Under the pieces are notes generated by a model. That model was not told where the DNA came from. It saw nothing but the letters and a program-made list of their open reading frames with translations, and ran no database searches. The position numbers and the translations under genes were made by a program. 64,000 nucleotides of DNA from Chiloscyllium plagiosum (Eukaryota): NCBI RefSeq assembly GCF_004010195.1, contig NC_057711.1:81893549-81957548 (forward strand), given 5' to 3'. Below, piece by piece: positions 26,601 through 40,954 of the stretch; position 1 is the first letter of the stretch; the number at the start of each line of letters is the position of its first letter.

Positions 26601-29600
26601 GTTCTAACCAGACCTGAATCCGGACTTTTTCTGGTTTCTCTTGCATTTTCTGGAATAGCAACTTCAAACTCAACCTTTCTCAATTACATTTAGTGGTCAC
26701 CCAACTAATATTCTGCCTTCCTTGATTCTGATATTAGTTTAGCAAATCACACTATCCCCTCTAATACATCTTCTGGGTTGTCCAGCTCATGTTTGATTTC
26801 ACACTTAGCTATCAAATCATAACCAGACAATTTTTAACTTTTTACCCACAGGATGAAGAACAGCATTTATGGTCCATTCCTTATTGCCCTCAGGAATGAG
26901 CTGCCTTATTAACAGCTTCAGTCCACACGATGAATGGACACACAGTGCTGTTAACAAGGGAGTTCTAGGATTTAGATCTTCAGTGGAGAGTGAAGGAATG
27001 ACAATATTATTCAGTAGGATTATGTGTGATTTGGAGAGGAGCTAGAAGCTGGTGGTGTTCCCATGCATCTGACGCCTTTGACCTTCTAGGTTGTAGAGGT
27101 CACGGATTTGAAAGATGCGTCAGATGAGCCTGAGTAGGTTGCTACAGAGCATCTTGTACAAGCTGCACACTGTCACCGCTATGCATTCATAGTGAAGGAA
27201 GTCATAGAGTCATAGAGATGTACAGCACAGAAACAGATCCTTTGGTCCAACTCATCCATGTCGACCAGCTATCCTATATTAATCTAGTCCTATTTGCCAG
27301 CATTTGGTCCATATCCCTCTAAACCCTCCCAATTCATATACCTATCTGGATGCCTTTTAAATGTTGTTCACTGTGGAAGGTAGGAATAGGATGCCTATCA
27401 AGCTTTGTTCTGAATTGTGTTTGTACTGTTGCAGCTTTATTCATCAAATTAACAAACAAAAGTTACAAAAAGCTTGAATGGAAGAGGACTTGAAGTAATG
27501 TGAACTGTTCTGGTCTCCATATTCTAAACAGGATGAAAAGACTCACAAGAACAAAACTAAAACTGCGAGGTTACACAAACCTGGAAAGGTTAAAGAGTTC
27601 AGGCTCTCTACAAAAGAAAAGGCTCAAGATGTGATGAAGGCCTCTGACAGGGTCAGAACAGAGAAATTTGCCCAGATCCTCCAGTCAGAGCTGTCCATGT
27701 GATCTCAGCTGAAGCAAAATTAAGTCAGGGCAAAGCTTCCAGTGTAGGCCCAGAACACAAAAGGAAGTCAAAGGAAAGAGTGGACACATCCCCTTTATAT
27801 AATAGTAGCTACCTTATTTAGGTATGTATTTTAAGGCTCACTTCTTCTAATGAATGATTGTAGGTTAGTGAATGGATGAGTGAGCAAGCATGTGAGTGAG
27901 GTGTGTGATATGATCAAGTGAGAGAGTGGAGTGATTTTATTGGGTGAGTAGGGTAGGTGAGTGATGTGGCTAAGTATGTAGATGAATGACTAGGGAAATG
28001 AGTAAGTGGATGAGTGAATGGGAACTGAGTATGAGAGTGAGTGGGTGAATGATTAGGAGAATGGGCCATCTGGTCAGGACTGTGATCAAATTGGGGTGGT
28101 GAATCAAGTCAGGTTGGGGTGGGTTAGTCATATTTGCTTTCAGTCATGTCAAATATTCAGCCAGGAGCTAATGGGAAGCCCACTGCAAATTTAAACTTGC
28201 CAGGCAATTCCAGCACAAGTATGTACTCAGAATCCCAATGCACATTACAGACTGAAGTCCAGATTTCACTACTCCAGTCATGAGAATACGTGCCTATTGT
28301 TTACACTTGTAAAGGCATTTAAAACTTGTGGTCATATATTATTTAATCACCACAAATCTAGTGAACAATTAAGGAGAAACTTACTGAAAAGTGATATGAA
28401 TCTTGAATGTGCACCACCAGAAGTAGTTGAATGAACAGCTTAAATGCATTTTAAAAAAAATACATAAATACAAACAGGAAGGAACAGCAGGATATGTTTT
28501 TGAGTTAGACATTGAGGCACAAAAGGATGCTTGTATGAACAACTAGGACAAATAGTCTGTTTGTGTTCTGTGGATAATACAACTATTTGATGTTATATAA
28601 ATAACCAGTTTGCATTAAGAATGTGATCTGAGTAGATGGCATCTCATGATCGTACAGTTTAATATTCTGAAGTGTGAGATTCTCTTGATCCTGTCCATTA
28701 AGCATAAAATACATTATCTTTTCTTCATCCTGAACTTGAAATCATTGGAACCAATTTTAACTGAGATTGAGAGACAGAACGATGTGTCCAACTTTCATGA
28801 TCTTAATAATGCTTCCAAGCTGATCCTCAGCATAATTTCCCTGATCAATAACAGATAAGTAGCTTTATGATTAGAATTTTAAATACCACAGGGACTATTA
28901 GGAAAGCCTGGGAGCAGTGTCAGCTGTTGGGCTGAATTCAGAAGATGATTGATTGCCTCCCTTGGCAAACACCTGTTAGATCTGTGGTTTGAGGGACTGA
29001 TGTTATTACATATTTAAATCATATAGCTACAATAATGTGATGTCAAGTTTTGTTTGATAACACTCTTGTGTGAAGTGCCTTATGACACTTTGCAATGATA
29101 CATACAATCTAGTGAATATCTATAAAATTTACATACTAGTTGTAACAGTATGAAAAAGTCCCAGATTTTGAGGAATACCCTCTTGTTGATAAGATACTAA
29201 CATTGCTTAACACTGAAACTATTTTCATCCAATGGCTCCACATCAGTTTATTAGTCACAAACTGTCTCAGTCAGTAGTTGTTTTTAGTCCAAAGCTTTTT
29301 CATTAAAATTTACTAACTAATGACTGTTATTAAACAGAAGATGTTTATTGGAAGTGTTTATATAATTTTTATACTTTGATAACAGTTGGAAGATTTCTGT
29401 AAATTTTATTTATCCATTCCTGAAAGCACCAACCCCAAAGATTCATAGGCCACAAACCCAGGTAGTTGCCTGGATCAGGCCAGCCAGAAAATAACATGTG
29501 CCTCTGTCACTGTGTATGTATCTCCATGGCCCCACAATGGCATTCCATGGATGGTGGAGACTTGACTTTCCAGATCCCTCTTCCTTCCCCTTCCTCCCAC

Positions 29601-32600
29601 CACGATTCCAAAATTTATTTCTGGGAACAGCATTATTTAGAATGATTATTTCATATGCTACTGTAGTAAATTGTGTGGTAATTATTTCTAACATAATTTA
29701 CTCATGGCTGTCCAATGGACAATTCAAGCATTGGTCGAAGCAATGGAGCTGGAAACCACAAGAATCAATGATCTCAGAATTTCTCAAAATGATTATTTCA
29801 GTCTGGCCATAGTACCCACAATACTGATTCTAAATGTTGCTATTGCAACACGGAAGTTGGGGTGGTGGTAGAAGTCCTTCATGCTGCTGAAACCCCTTTT
29901 TAGCAATAGCAGTCTGAGAGGCAGCAAATCCGTTTTGATCTGCCCCTTCTGCACTATCCCTACAGAGGTTAGCTACCACGTTGGATTCTTAAAGGGCACA
30001 TGGTATCCCAAAAATTGATATAACCAAGCTCAACTTTAACCTCAAAGTCTGTAATCACTTACTGCAGCAGGGTTATCTATGGTGTCAGCTTCATTTGTGG
30101 CAGCCTAATTTTGTTATGGCATCCTACAATAGATGTTAAGTTCCCCATTGCTTATGCTCTCCATCCCTAATTCTGTTCCAGCAGTAGACCATGGACAGCT
30201 ATGTGCTGGGGCCTTCATATTATGGCAGTACAGAATGTGCACAAGCCCATGTTGTGAAGTATCTTCAGAAACCTATTTTATTCCAATGAAACAAATGTAG
30301 AACCTATGAATTGCTAGTCCTTAACATCTAGAGCAGCTAGTTTCAGAGTAGTTTAAGTAAAAAATGGACTATAGCTAGAGATGAACAAGGTGTTAACTTT
30401 ATTACCTTTTATTTGCTTATAGCACTACAGGAAATTGATTGTCTTTATTGTTCAAACTATACAGTGTTCATCCAGATACTTCATGACAATAAAGTTATTG
30501 GTTTCAAATTTAGCAGTTTCTTGACAGGGTGCTAATTAGCCTGCTTTAAGGAAGCAGGGTATATATAATGATGCAAACAATGATCTAGTAGCTGACGTGT
30601 GTTGAACGTATTCACAGTTACAATCCCTTAGTCATGCCATTATTTTACTACACATTGGGCAATACTGAAAGATGCACTCCAAATGGTTCAGAGCATGAAA
30701 TCTACTTATAACATATGGATTAACTCAGAGCAATTAACATGGATCTATAACAGACAAATTGAGAAAATAATGTAGTCTTTTGATTAGGGAAATGAAGTGT
30801 GTTCTGTCCACAGTTTTCAAAAGATATTTGTTAAGGTGTCACACAGATTATTTTAGATTTTACTAACTGAATTTAAATTCATCAGCTTCCAGTTGGGTTT
30901 TGTCCCATTTAATGTCTCATTAGCTTGGGCTGCTGGATTACTATAACAGTGACATAAACATTACACAAGCATCTCTCCATTTGAAGTAGTACAGGCACTA
31001 TGTACTGATGTTATTCCGGAACACCAAGAAAAATCAGAGAAATAACAGCAGGGACTCCCAGCTGAACTGTTCAAACATTCCAAAATGTTGAAAGTTGGGA
31101 GTACTTTCAAAGGACTGCAAAAAATGCAAAGTGTTTGTTCAAGAAACAGGAAAAGGAAAAAAAACTGAATATGTTACCTGGCAATGGTTAGTTCCCTTGC
31201 AAGTATAAAATATAATAAAATTAATGCTGACTAAGAAAAATATGATTCAATTAAGGACAGTTAATATAGATTTGCAAAATGCAAATCAGTTGTGTGTACG
31301 TTCTTAAGACCAGGACAAAATTAATTTATCTAATAACCTACTTAAAGATATTGGTTGATTAAGACCATCAATACAGATTCATAAAGGGAAAGTTACCTTA
31401 AAAATATGCCACCTAGTTTTGAACTTCCCCGCTTTAGGGAAAAGAGCTTTGCTATTCAGCTTATCTATACCCCTCATGATTTTACAAACCTCTGTAAAGG
31501 TCGCCCCTCAACCTCCTGTGTTCCAGTGCCAAACTTTTCAGCATTACCTAGGCCCTACCATTAACTGTATAAGACCTGCCTCTGTTTGTTTTACCAAAAT
31601 GTAATACATCACACTTGTCCAAATGAAACTGCATCTGTTGGAAAATGGACAAGAAACAGAAGGATTAATGGATGCTTTTCAGACTAGAGGATTGATGAAT
31701 AAAGTATTCGACAGAATCAGTGTTAATGTGTTATCTGCATTCACAATCTGGACTTTGGTATCATACAAAAATTTGCAAATGACATTAGAAGAGAAAGTAT
31801 ATTTAACTCTGTGTGACTTGACAAGCAAACTGTTAGATTAGACAAATAGATGTTGCAGGGATTATGAGATTATGAATTATGTGAACTGGAAAATGGACTT
31901 TGAACATTTCTGGATTGCAAAGAATTTATCATGTGATTTTCCCGGAACTGAGGTTAACACGTTAAAGGAAACTATGGTGTATTTGCTATTTACAAAAGAA
32001 AAGGTGACTTTGGAAGGCAGTCTCCAGCAATATTTTAGAGAGTGATAAGGGTGGAGTTTTATTGCTTTAATTGTTGAGCAAACATACCTGAAAAACCTGA
32101 ATGGGTCACTGCTGTTGTCATCCAGTAATAGTCTCTGGACTGATATAATGTGTGTTTTATCAGTACACACTGAAAAGCTGTAGATAGTTGCTGGAGAGGT
32201 TTACTGGGATGGTGTACTGTCTCTCATAGTTTGTAAAAGTCAGAACTTGAAGCTGAAAGCAGGACTCTATTATGTTTTAACAGAATAGTTTGAAACAAAA
32301 ACTGATTCAGTTTCAAATATAAGATCTTCCATTTTTCATCTGTATCTGAAATCTGCTCTGAAGATTTTCCATCTTGAGCCTGTTGACAAGAATCCAAGGG
32401 AACTATGAGAAAGTTACTTCATTTTACTCTTTCAGTTTGAAATCTTTATCCATAGGGTTTCCATATCTTTTCTATTCATAATTGTCCTGCAGAGCTGCGT
32501 CAGCCATGCCTTTGCCTTGTGTATAAATGTATGTGTGCTTGGAATTAAAAAGAAGAATTAAAGGGTTAATTTGTACGGTAGTTTGATAACCAGTTTTATC

Positions 32601-32863
32601 ACTTGCTTGAGGAATTTGTTTTCCTCGAATAAACTTGTATTTTTTTGCTGATTAAAAAGTTTAGTGAAAGTCTTTCTTCTAATTAACAGTGATAAACAGA
32701 AACAAATCGATCTTGTTCGTGATCGATTATGATTCTTATACTTTTGCAGTTCCTTGTGGAGAAATGGGACTTGATTTCCTCCCACCTGAGTTGTAATAAT
32801 GAGGAGATAAAGAATAATGGGGTGGAAGAAGTGTAATAGGTTCCATTAAAGATGTAAGGGGTG

Positions 32864-33080
32864 CAGGTCATTCTGCTATAACATGCGTTTCGTTGACACA
32901 AATGCACTATAATGCTATTGATGAAATGAGGACACTTTCTGAAGCACAAACTTTTAAAACATCTGTTGGTTGTAACACAATTACATTGCCAACTCTTTGA
33001 ACATGGTTTCTAAAGTGTGATTTTTCTATAACACAGGGTTGCAGAAGAATGCAACTATCGCATTATAGAAGAACTACCTG
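32864..33080. mobile_element. Tc1/mariner (Tigger/pogo-like) MITE, ~217 bp
   Basis: Imperfect terminal inverted repeats caggtcattctgctataac / attatagaagaactacctg followed by TA; related to 51427-51645. Confidence 0.7.
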
Positions 33081-34309
33081 TATTGTATATTTTGAGACAG
33101 AGGGCAAAACAAGAATACTTAATTAATTTGATTTAAAAACTGAAAGAACTTAGATGCTGCAAATCAAAGACAACAATAGAAATTGCTGGGAAAGCTCAGC
33201 AGGTCTAGCAGCATCTGTGGAGAGAAATCAGAGTTAACGCTTCTGCTTGAGTGACCCTTTCTCAGAGTGTTTCGTTTTGGGAGCATTCACCAAGAAAGGC
33301 CAGCACGGAATTATAAAAGGCGAACCTTTCTTGATCTTGTTGATTAGGAGGGTCACTGTTAGTTTGGATAAACAAAAGCTTAAAGATAGGAAATAGTAAA
33401 GCATTTCCTAACTGAAAGGAGGTAGACAGTGGTCTTCCCCAACGTGCAATATAAATAACTTAGTTCTTAAGTTTTTATGCCTAGGTACTTGTACCTAAGA
33501 TGGCGTCATGTGTGGTGACATTGAAAAACCATTCACTGTACTCCTGTACTTTTGTATTTGAATACATATGATAATAAAGTCTACATCTGAATCTAAACCA
33601 TTGCAGCAGATCATAGATAGGCTAGCAGAATGGGTAGACAAGTAGCAGATATAATTTGAATTAGAAAAATGTGATGTGATACACTTTGAGGATATGAAGA
33701 GGGAGTATAAATTTAATAGTACAAGTCTAAAGACTGTCCAGGGAAAGAAGGACCCAGACATTTGTGCTTAGATCCTTTTGGGTGCAGGACAAAATGAGAG
33801 AGCAAATAACAAATCTTTTGGGATCTTGGGCTTGACAAATACAGCGAGTGAGTACGAAAACAAGAAAAATACATTAAACCCTTATAAAGTGTTAAGCCAT
33901 AAATAGGGTATTGCAACCAGCCTGGTCACCATATTTTTGGAAGATTGTGAGGGTCCTTGAGAATATGCAAAGGAGATTTACCAGAATGGTTCCAGGATGA
34001 CAGGTTTTAGGTACAAGGTTGAGTTAGAGAAACTGGGCTGTTTTCCTTAGAGTAAAAGAAATTAAAGGAAAACTTGACAAAACTGACACAATCGTGGCAA
34101 GCTTAGTTCAGGTAAACAATGAAATTTGTTCCAATTAGCTGATTGTGCAATGACTAGTGAACCCTAATTAAAGATAGGTAGGGATGTGTGTTGGAGAACT
34201 CAGTCATAACCTGGAACTTTCTACCTACAAAGATGGTTGAAGCTAAGACAATCAATATTTCAAAAGGAAACTGGATAGGCATTTGAGAAAATTAAATTTG
34301 TAGGGAATG

Positions 34310-35640
34310 GGACATGATAGAATCCTTCCACGGTCACATGAAAGGGACAGTGCAGTTCAACGGCAGCTCTTCTGAGCCCTTCGACATCCACAGCAGTGTC
34401 AAAAAAGATTGTGTCCTCACTCCCACACTCTTTGGGATTTTTTGCTGTGCTCCTGAAACATGCCTTTGGCACCACAACGGAGGGGATTTACCTACGCACT
34501 AGATCAGATGGCAGGCTCTTCAACCTAGAGAAAGCAAGGACTGCAGATGTTGGAGATCAGAGTCGAGAGTGTGGTGCTAGAAGAGCACAGCTGGCCAAAC
34601 TGCAACCAAGGAGCAAGAGAATCGATGTTTCGGGCATAAGCAAACCTGGCCTGCCTCAGAGGCAAGACAAAAGTACATGTGGCACACATTAGGGATGTGC
34701 TGTTTGCCGATGCTGCTGCAGTTGCAACACACACCGAGCCAGAACTTCAATCATGATAGATCACTTCTCCCACACTTGCAAGTATTTCTGAAGAACATGA
34801 GCATCCTGGGACAGGACACAGGGGCACCGCTGGTCATCACCATCAACGACTATGTACTCAACAACATCCATCAGTTTACGTACCTTGGTTCTACCAACAC
34901 TGACAACCTCCCTTGGACACAGAGATTAACAAGAGGATTGGAAAAGCAGCCTCAACTCTTGCTCGTCTCACGACTCGAACATGGACAAATCCCAAGCTAA
35001 CAGTGAAGACAAAAATGTCAGTCTTCAACGCCTGCGTCATACGCACACTGCTGTATGGCAGTGAAATGTGGACTACATATGCCAGACAGGAGAGAAGACT
35101 GACAACCTTTCACTTGAGGAGTATCTGATGTATCCTGGGCATATCCTGGCAAGACAGAGTGTCCAACGCAGCAGTCCTATCTTGTGCTGGCCTTCCAAGG
35201 ATGTACACTCTGCTCAGGCAGGGGAGACTGCATTGGCTGGAACACGCATAGAGGATGGCTGCGTCCCAAAGGATATCGTCTATGGAGACCCACAGGGTGT
35301 TCCCAGCTGTGCTACAAGACATCTGCATGATGGACATGAAGGCGCTTGCTATCATTACGGAGTCCTGGGAAAGGCTTGCAGCTGACCACATGAGATGAAG
35401 AAGCACCCTGAACCAACACCACAAAACAGAGGAAAAGAAGCTGATGAGCGCTGTAGCAGACAAGCAGATACGCAGGAAAGAGTGCAGCAGCTCTAGCAGA
35501 TCAACGAACACATATAGATGTGACCTCTGCGACCGGGCCTGTCATGCCAGCATTGGTCTCTTCAGTCACAAACGACGTTGCTTCAGGGAAGCAGAAAGCT
35601 AGAACAACAAAGATGCAACTCATGGTCAGCCATGACCGAA
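34310..35640 (+). mobile_element. RTE-clade (BovB-like) LINE, 5'-truncated and decayed
   Basis: SEPFDIHSSVKKDCVLTPTLFGIF, LFAD, FTYLGST, DTEINKRIGKAAST, TLLYGSEMW and C-terminal CDLCDRACHASIGLFSHKRRC zinc finger; PLE fragment inserted at about 34527-34641. Confidence 0.85.
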
Positions 35641-35993
35641 AGCACCTCACAAGGGACACACTGGCATGTTCTCCACAGAGCCAGCATTGACTTGACAGGC
35701 AAATAGCCTCCTTGTGTTTTAATGACCCCATAAGCACAAGTAGGAAATGTTACATTCAGCCCCATAAAAATTATTTGTAAATAACATTCAGAATATTGTG
35801 TCTGGATTTTGGGTACTACTATTAGAAGGGTGTCAAAGTTATTAAGAAGATGATTTCATAAGATGATGAAAAGATTGAGAAATTTTTGTTTTGAAGAGAG
35901 GTTTGGAAAGTTATGCTATTTTCAGTTTTATTTCCATTTAGGTAATACTGAAAATATCATTATTTTCAGTAATAATACTTTACTGAATAATAA

Positions 35994-36149
35994 TAAATGC
36001 TAGTGCTTCAATTTCTACTTCTAGATTTGAGTTAACCAATTATTATTAATTTTATTATATTTATTATATTTATATTTTATTAATTTTATTATAAAATTAA
36101 TAATTGGTTAACTCAAATCTAGAAGTAGAAATTGAAGCACTAGCATTTA
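35994..36149. repeat. Perfect 52-bp-arm inverted repeat with a 52-nt pure A/T spacer
   Basis: 35994-36045 is the exact reverse complement of 36098-36149. Confidence 0.95.
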
Positions 36150-37043
36150 AGCATGCAATTAACAAAGGAAATTAAGACAAAGTTGAAAATTACTCTCCCA
36201 ATAAACAAGTCCTCATTAATTGTAATTTTCCTTTGCACCTCTGAGCTAGCTGTTAATCCCTTTCTTTCCGCTGACTGAATTTGCTCCTCATTGGCTTCCC
36301 ATCTGTTGTTTTACTTCTTTCAACACTGCCAACTGCTATTATCCTTATTACTCAACCCCCACCCATTCCCAATACATTTTCCATGAGCTATTATTCCCCT
36401 TGCCTACTGATTGGTTTCTCTGCTTTCTTCTACTCTTTGCTCTCCCTTCATCATCAAAATTATATTCCTCTTACTTCTCTTTGGCTTCCCCTTTTGCCTT
36501 TCCTTCTTCTCACTTTTCCTCTCCCCTGCTTGGTTTTTCCTCCCCTTATCTCCTTGTCCCCTTCTCCTCCATTATCAATCCCTAGTTTGACTGCTTGTCT
36601 GCAACATGGCCACATATTGACTAATTATTGCTGAGTGGTTACTGCATTTCATTTCAAATTGCCTTGAACAGTGCCATGTTACAGAATCACACAGCACAGG
36701 AGACTGTTTTGTCTAATATGATACTACTTTTACACAGAATAATATATTAAATTGTCATAATTTGACCATATATGTTACACTTACAGGTGAAATGATATTA
36801 AAACTTTTCATTGTTAAATGCCACATAACTTTAGCTACAGAACTAAGAGAAAGTTATATTTTGGAAATTCATAAAGAAAGTTTGTGACTGTCTACAATTG
36901 CAAGCTCCAGCCACCAAGTGTCACTGTGTAACAGTCTCAGCTTGTATCAACGCATAGCTACATGAGTATCGACGGGTAAACATTAAGATTAGTGATCTCC
37001 GGTAGAGAGTATTGCATACGATGGTCCTATGCAATAAGTGTTT

Positions 37044-37500
37044 AAATAGATTCATTGGGTGCCAGGCCATGTGCAGTTTTTTGTGGCCTGGAGAAAGCTG
37101 TGTTTCATGTTTATGCTGAATGTTTTCATTTGCAGCCCTTATTTAGTTTCTTAAAGAGGCTGCTTTTACATTTTTATTTGTACTTTAGCCCAATGCACCT
37201 GATGCATGGGCAATCTGTGCTGAGGAGAGTGGGTAGTTTCTTCGTGGACCTGTTCCTGGGCCTGACCAAGGTTGCCATCAACAGGTCCAGGCAGTGGGCA
37301 GTGGAAGTGGTCATAGCCAATAGCTGCGACGGTGGAAGAGCACACCATGTCAGACAGCATCCGAGGAACAGGAAAGCTGACATTTCAGGCCAAAACCATG
37401 CTTGGGTGTCCATGGAGAGGATCATACAGTGTCCATCAGACCAAAAGATGCCTTTAGTGACTGGTGGGTACCACAAGGGCAGGAGTGCATTATCACCTTA
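37044..37500 (+). mobile_element. L1/Tx1-clade LINE ORF2 C-terminal remnant
   Basis: CAVFCGLEKAVFHVYAECFHLQPLFSFLK...LGLTKVAINRSRQ resembles the Tx1 CCHC region; small PLE fragment at about 37330-37395. Confidence 0.55.
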
Positions 37501-37869
37501 GTAATGATATTATTATTTAATTTTGATAAGTCTCTGTTTGTTAACTTCCATGAATCTTTTCATTTTTAAATTACGGAATCCCACCAGGGCAGTCTAAACC
37601 ATTATTGTACATTTAAAAGGATAAAGATATTAAAAGGGAATATTATCTGTTTTATTCATTATGGCTTTGCAACTCTGAGAAACTTGTTTGCACACCAACT
37701 TATTAATTACTTTTCTGTCCACTAAATGTTTCAAATGTAGTCAAACACAGTCACGTTTTTGGTCACATAGCAATTTCCCATCTTGTACAACAATGCTTTG
37801 CATTGTGGTAGTCAATTATGTTAAGCATTGTCTGGTACCGTTCAGAAGTCCCAATCTAGCATGGTAGTA

Positions 37870-39050
37870 CCTACTGCATTTGCTGCAGAACGAGACAGTG
37901 AGCTAAGAAGGTTCATGACTTACTGGCCTCTGATTTTTCTGGGCCCTTGACCTTCTTAGCCAGTTGAGCGTTTTGCTTCTGCTTCTTTTTCCAATGCCTT
38001 CCAAACAGTCAACCTGCAGAGTTCATGGCTCTCAGTAACTGTTGCCCAGTTGTCAGTGTCAATATCCACCATCTTTGTATCTTGCTTCCCAGTGGGAAGA
38101 ATCAATAAAAACATAATACATGGAAATTAAAAGACTAATTGTACAGGAGCTCCATTTTAAGGTTGGGCCAGGTCAATATTCATCATTTGCAAATTTTACT
38201 TGTCTTTTCCTTCTGCATTATAGGCACCCATGTTACAGAGGTATTGATGCTACTGTTTCACACTCTCTTACCCAGCTTGGACATAACAGCTGCAGATTTT
38301 GCTATATAGGTGTTAGCTTCAGCATCAAGTGACAGATTGCTAGTGATTGTGGAACCTAAATATGCAAAGTTGTCAGTAAGAGAGTGTGATGCTGGAAAAG
38401 TACAGCAGGTCAGGCAGCATCCGAGGAGCAAGAGAATTGACGTTTTGGTCATAAGCCCTTCATTAGGATTCCTGATGAAGGGCTTATGCCCGAAACATCG
38501 ATTCTCCTGCTCCTTGGATGCTCCCTGACCTGCTGTGCTTTTCTAGCACCACACTCTCACCTCTGATCTCCAACAAATGCAGTCCTGACTTTCTCAAAAT
38601 TGGCAATAACTCCAGCATCATTTGACAATACTGACAATTGGCAGTATGGCAATTTCATGCACTATGACATTTGTCTTCCTGGTGATGATCATCAAACAGA
38701 ACTCTTCACAGTCATGATAGAGTCTGTCCATTTTCCAGTACATGTGTTTCTCAATATGCAACATTAGTGTGACATTGTTAATGTATAGCAACACTCTAAT
38801 TTGGATTTGTATGTTAGGCAAGTCCGAACAGCTTTCTGTCAGTTCTGGTGTGTAAGTGAGCATACCCCCTGTGGATGGCTTGAAGGCATATAACAGCAGC
38901 AAAGAGAAAAATATCATGTGTTAATGCCACAACAAAACTTTTTTGATCCCATACAACTCAAAAGATCCCGATATTGCCTTGACAAAGCTGATCTTACCAT
39001 CATGTTCTTGTAGAGAAAGGAGATCACATTGAGTAGCTTCAACAGGCAAT
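37870..39050 (-). mobile_element. Decayed RTE LINE with a nested fold-back PLE mini-element (38380-38594)
   Basis: Minus-strand DNFAYLGSTITSNLSLDAEANTYIAKSAAVMSKLGKRV; the insert is flanked by a 12/15 direct repeat at 38365-38379 / 38595-38609. Confidence 0.7.
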
Positions 39051-39569
39051 TTTCTCCAGGGGCTAAAATAGAGAGCCTCTGCTCACACAGTCAAATTCCT
39101 TGTGTGATTGATAAACACAATATGTAATTATTTCTTTTCTTCATGGCATTTCTCATACAATTTCTGGACTGAGAAGATCACATCAGGTGTAGATCTTCCA
39201 GTCAGAAACCACACTGGAATTCTATGGTCTGATCTACATGGCAGTATTGGCATATACTTTTCTAAAATGCCGAGCAGGGAGTTACTTCAGCAGTTGTTGC
39301 AATTACTGCAGTTGCCCTTATTCTTGTACACAGTTAAACCTTTACATCATGCCTATGCTGGGGCTTGCTCCCTCCAAAAAATACCAAGACATTTATTTGG
39401 ATACTTTAGGAGTTGATATCCTATGGTTGACAAATTCAGGCACTTAAACATCAGCATCTGGAGCTTTGCCTGTGACAAGCAAGTCAATAGCTTTGCTAAA
39501 CTCCTCCACAATAGGTACAATATCCAGTGCTGTAATGCAGGTAGGCTTCCATAGTGTTTAGAGAAACCT

Positions 39570-40250
39570 CCACGACAGTGTATTTGCTGGGCCTGTCTGC
39601 AGCCTTTGACATGATTGATCGCATTATGCTCCCCCATTCTTCTCTTCTATTCTCCAGCTGGTTAGGACTAGACTCATCTGGTTCTTTTCCTAACTGTCTG
39701 ATCACAGGCGATAAATATCTGCAATGTCTTCACTTCTCACTCTCACATCAGTAGCACTAAAGTTCACCAAGAATTCTTCCCTGGCCCTCTCTTATTTCTG
39801 TTCTGCATTAGTGACAATAACACCATCCAAAAACAAACATCTGGTACCCCATGTATGCTGACAACACCAGCTCTAAGTGACCATTACTATGCTCAACCCT
39901 GCTACTCTTTGATCTGTCACACTGTTCAACATTCAGTACTACAGGAAAAGGAATTTCCCCCAACTAAATAGTGGGAAGGTTGAAACCATTGTCTTTGTTC
40001 AGAGCACAAATTCTATTTTTTAGCCAACAACTCCATTTGTCTCTGTGGTCATTATTGCACTGAATCAATTAACTTGCAACTTTGATTTGCTTTTGAACCC
40101 TGAGATAATATGCCAACTCCACATCTGCAGGATTAGCTCCACAATATTGCCCCTCCTGACTCTGCCTTAGATTGTGTACTGTTGAAACAGTTTTCCATGC
40201 CTTTGTTAAGTGTAAACATGACTGCACCCATGCTGTCATAGCTGACTTTC
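39570..40250 (+). mobile_element. L2-clade LINE RT remnant
   Basis: LLGLSAAFDMIDR and MYADNT motifs (L2 consensus LLDLSAAFDTIDH / YADD). Confidence 0.65.
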
Positions 40251-40954
40251 CATTTTTCAACCACCATTGACTGGAGCCCATTCAAAATAAGATCAGATGA
40301 AACATGATCTGCAGCAGGACATTCAGCCATCAAACCTATATCCTAATTCAATATGATCATAGATGATCTAATTATGGCCTTCACTCCACTTTCCTGCCTG
40401 TTGACCAGAAATCTGGATTTACTCATCAGAAATCTGTCTAATTGAATTGACTTAGGTCATTGAGTCAAGTGGGACAGTAAGGACAGAAAATGGGTAGCAG
40501 TGGGACAAGGGAAACCTATGTGTAGAAATGTAGCACATTCTTATGATTAAACTATTTTATGCTCAAGCAGGCAGACCAAACAGTACAGTGTGTTAATAAA
40601 CTTGTATAAAAATTAATGTTTGCCTTATTTTATTAACAAATGTTACACACACATAGCAATTATATATATTTCACTTTAGCTTTAGTGATATGAAACTTAG
40701 GGCCCTCTTATGGTGTAGTGGTAGTGTCCCTACCCCTGGATTGAGAGACCAAGGTTCAAGTGCCACTTGTTCCAGATGTATGTAATAAGATCTCTGAACA
40801 GGTTGATTAAAAAAATTGGTTAACTAAATTAAAATAAACACTCAAGGGCCTTCATTCTCACTTGCTAACTTATTTGACTTGAACAATGTGACTGTACACA
40901 ACTAGCTCAAATAATAAAGCGGAAATTGACTACAGGTAGATTCCATTGTATTTG

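Noticed and set aside
27860..28130. GAGT/GTGA-rich stretch
   Set aside because: Degenerate simple repeat with no regular period or repeat-spacer structure.
31840..32860. Possible solo LTR (also ~42340-42710 and ~44690-45080)
   Set aside because: Could not establish TG...CA termini or a TSD.
36281..36634. 117-aa hydrophobic ORF
   Set aside because: It results from pyrimidine-rich low-complexity sequence and has no recognisable homology or splice support.
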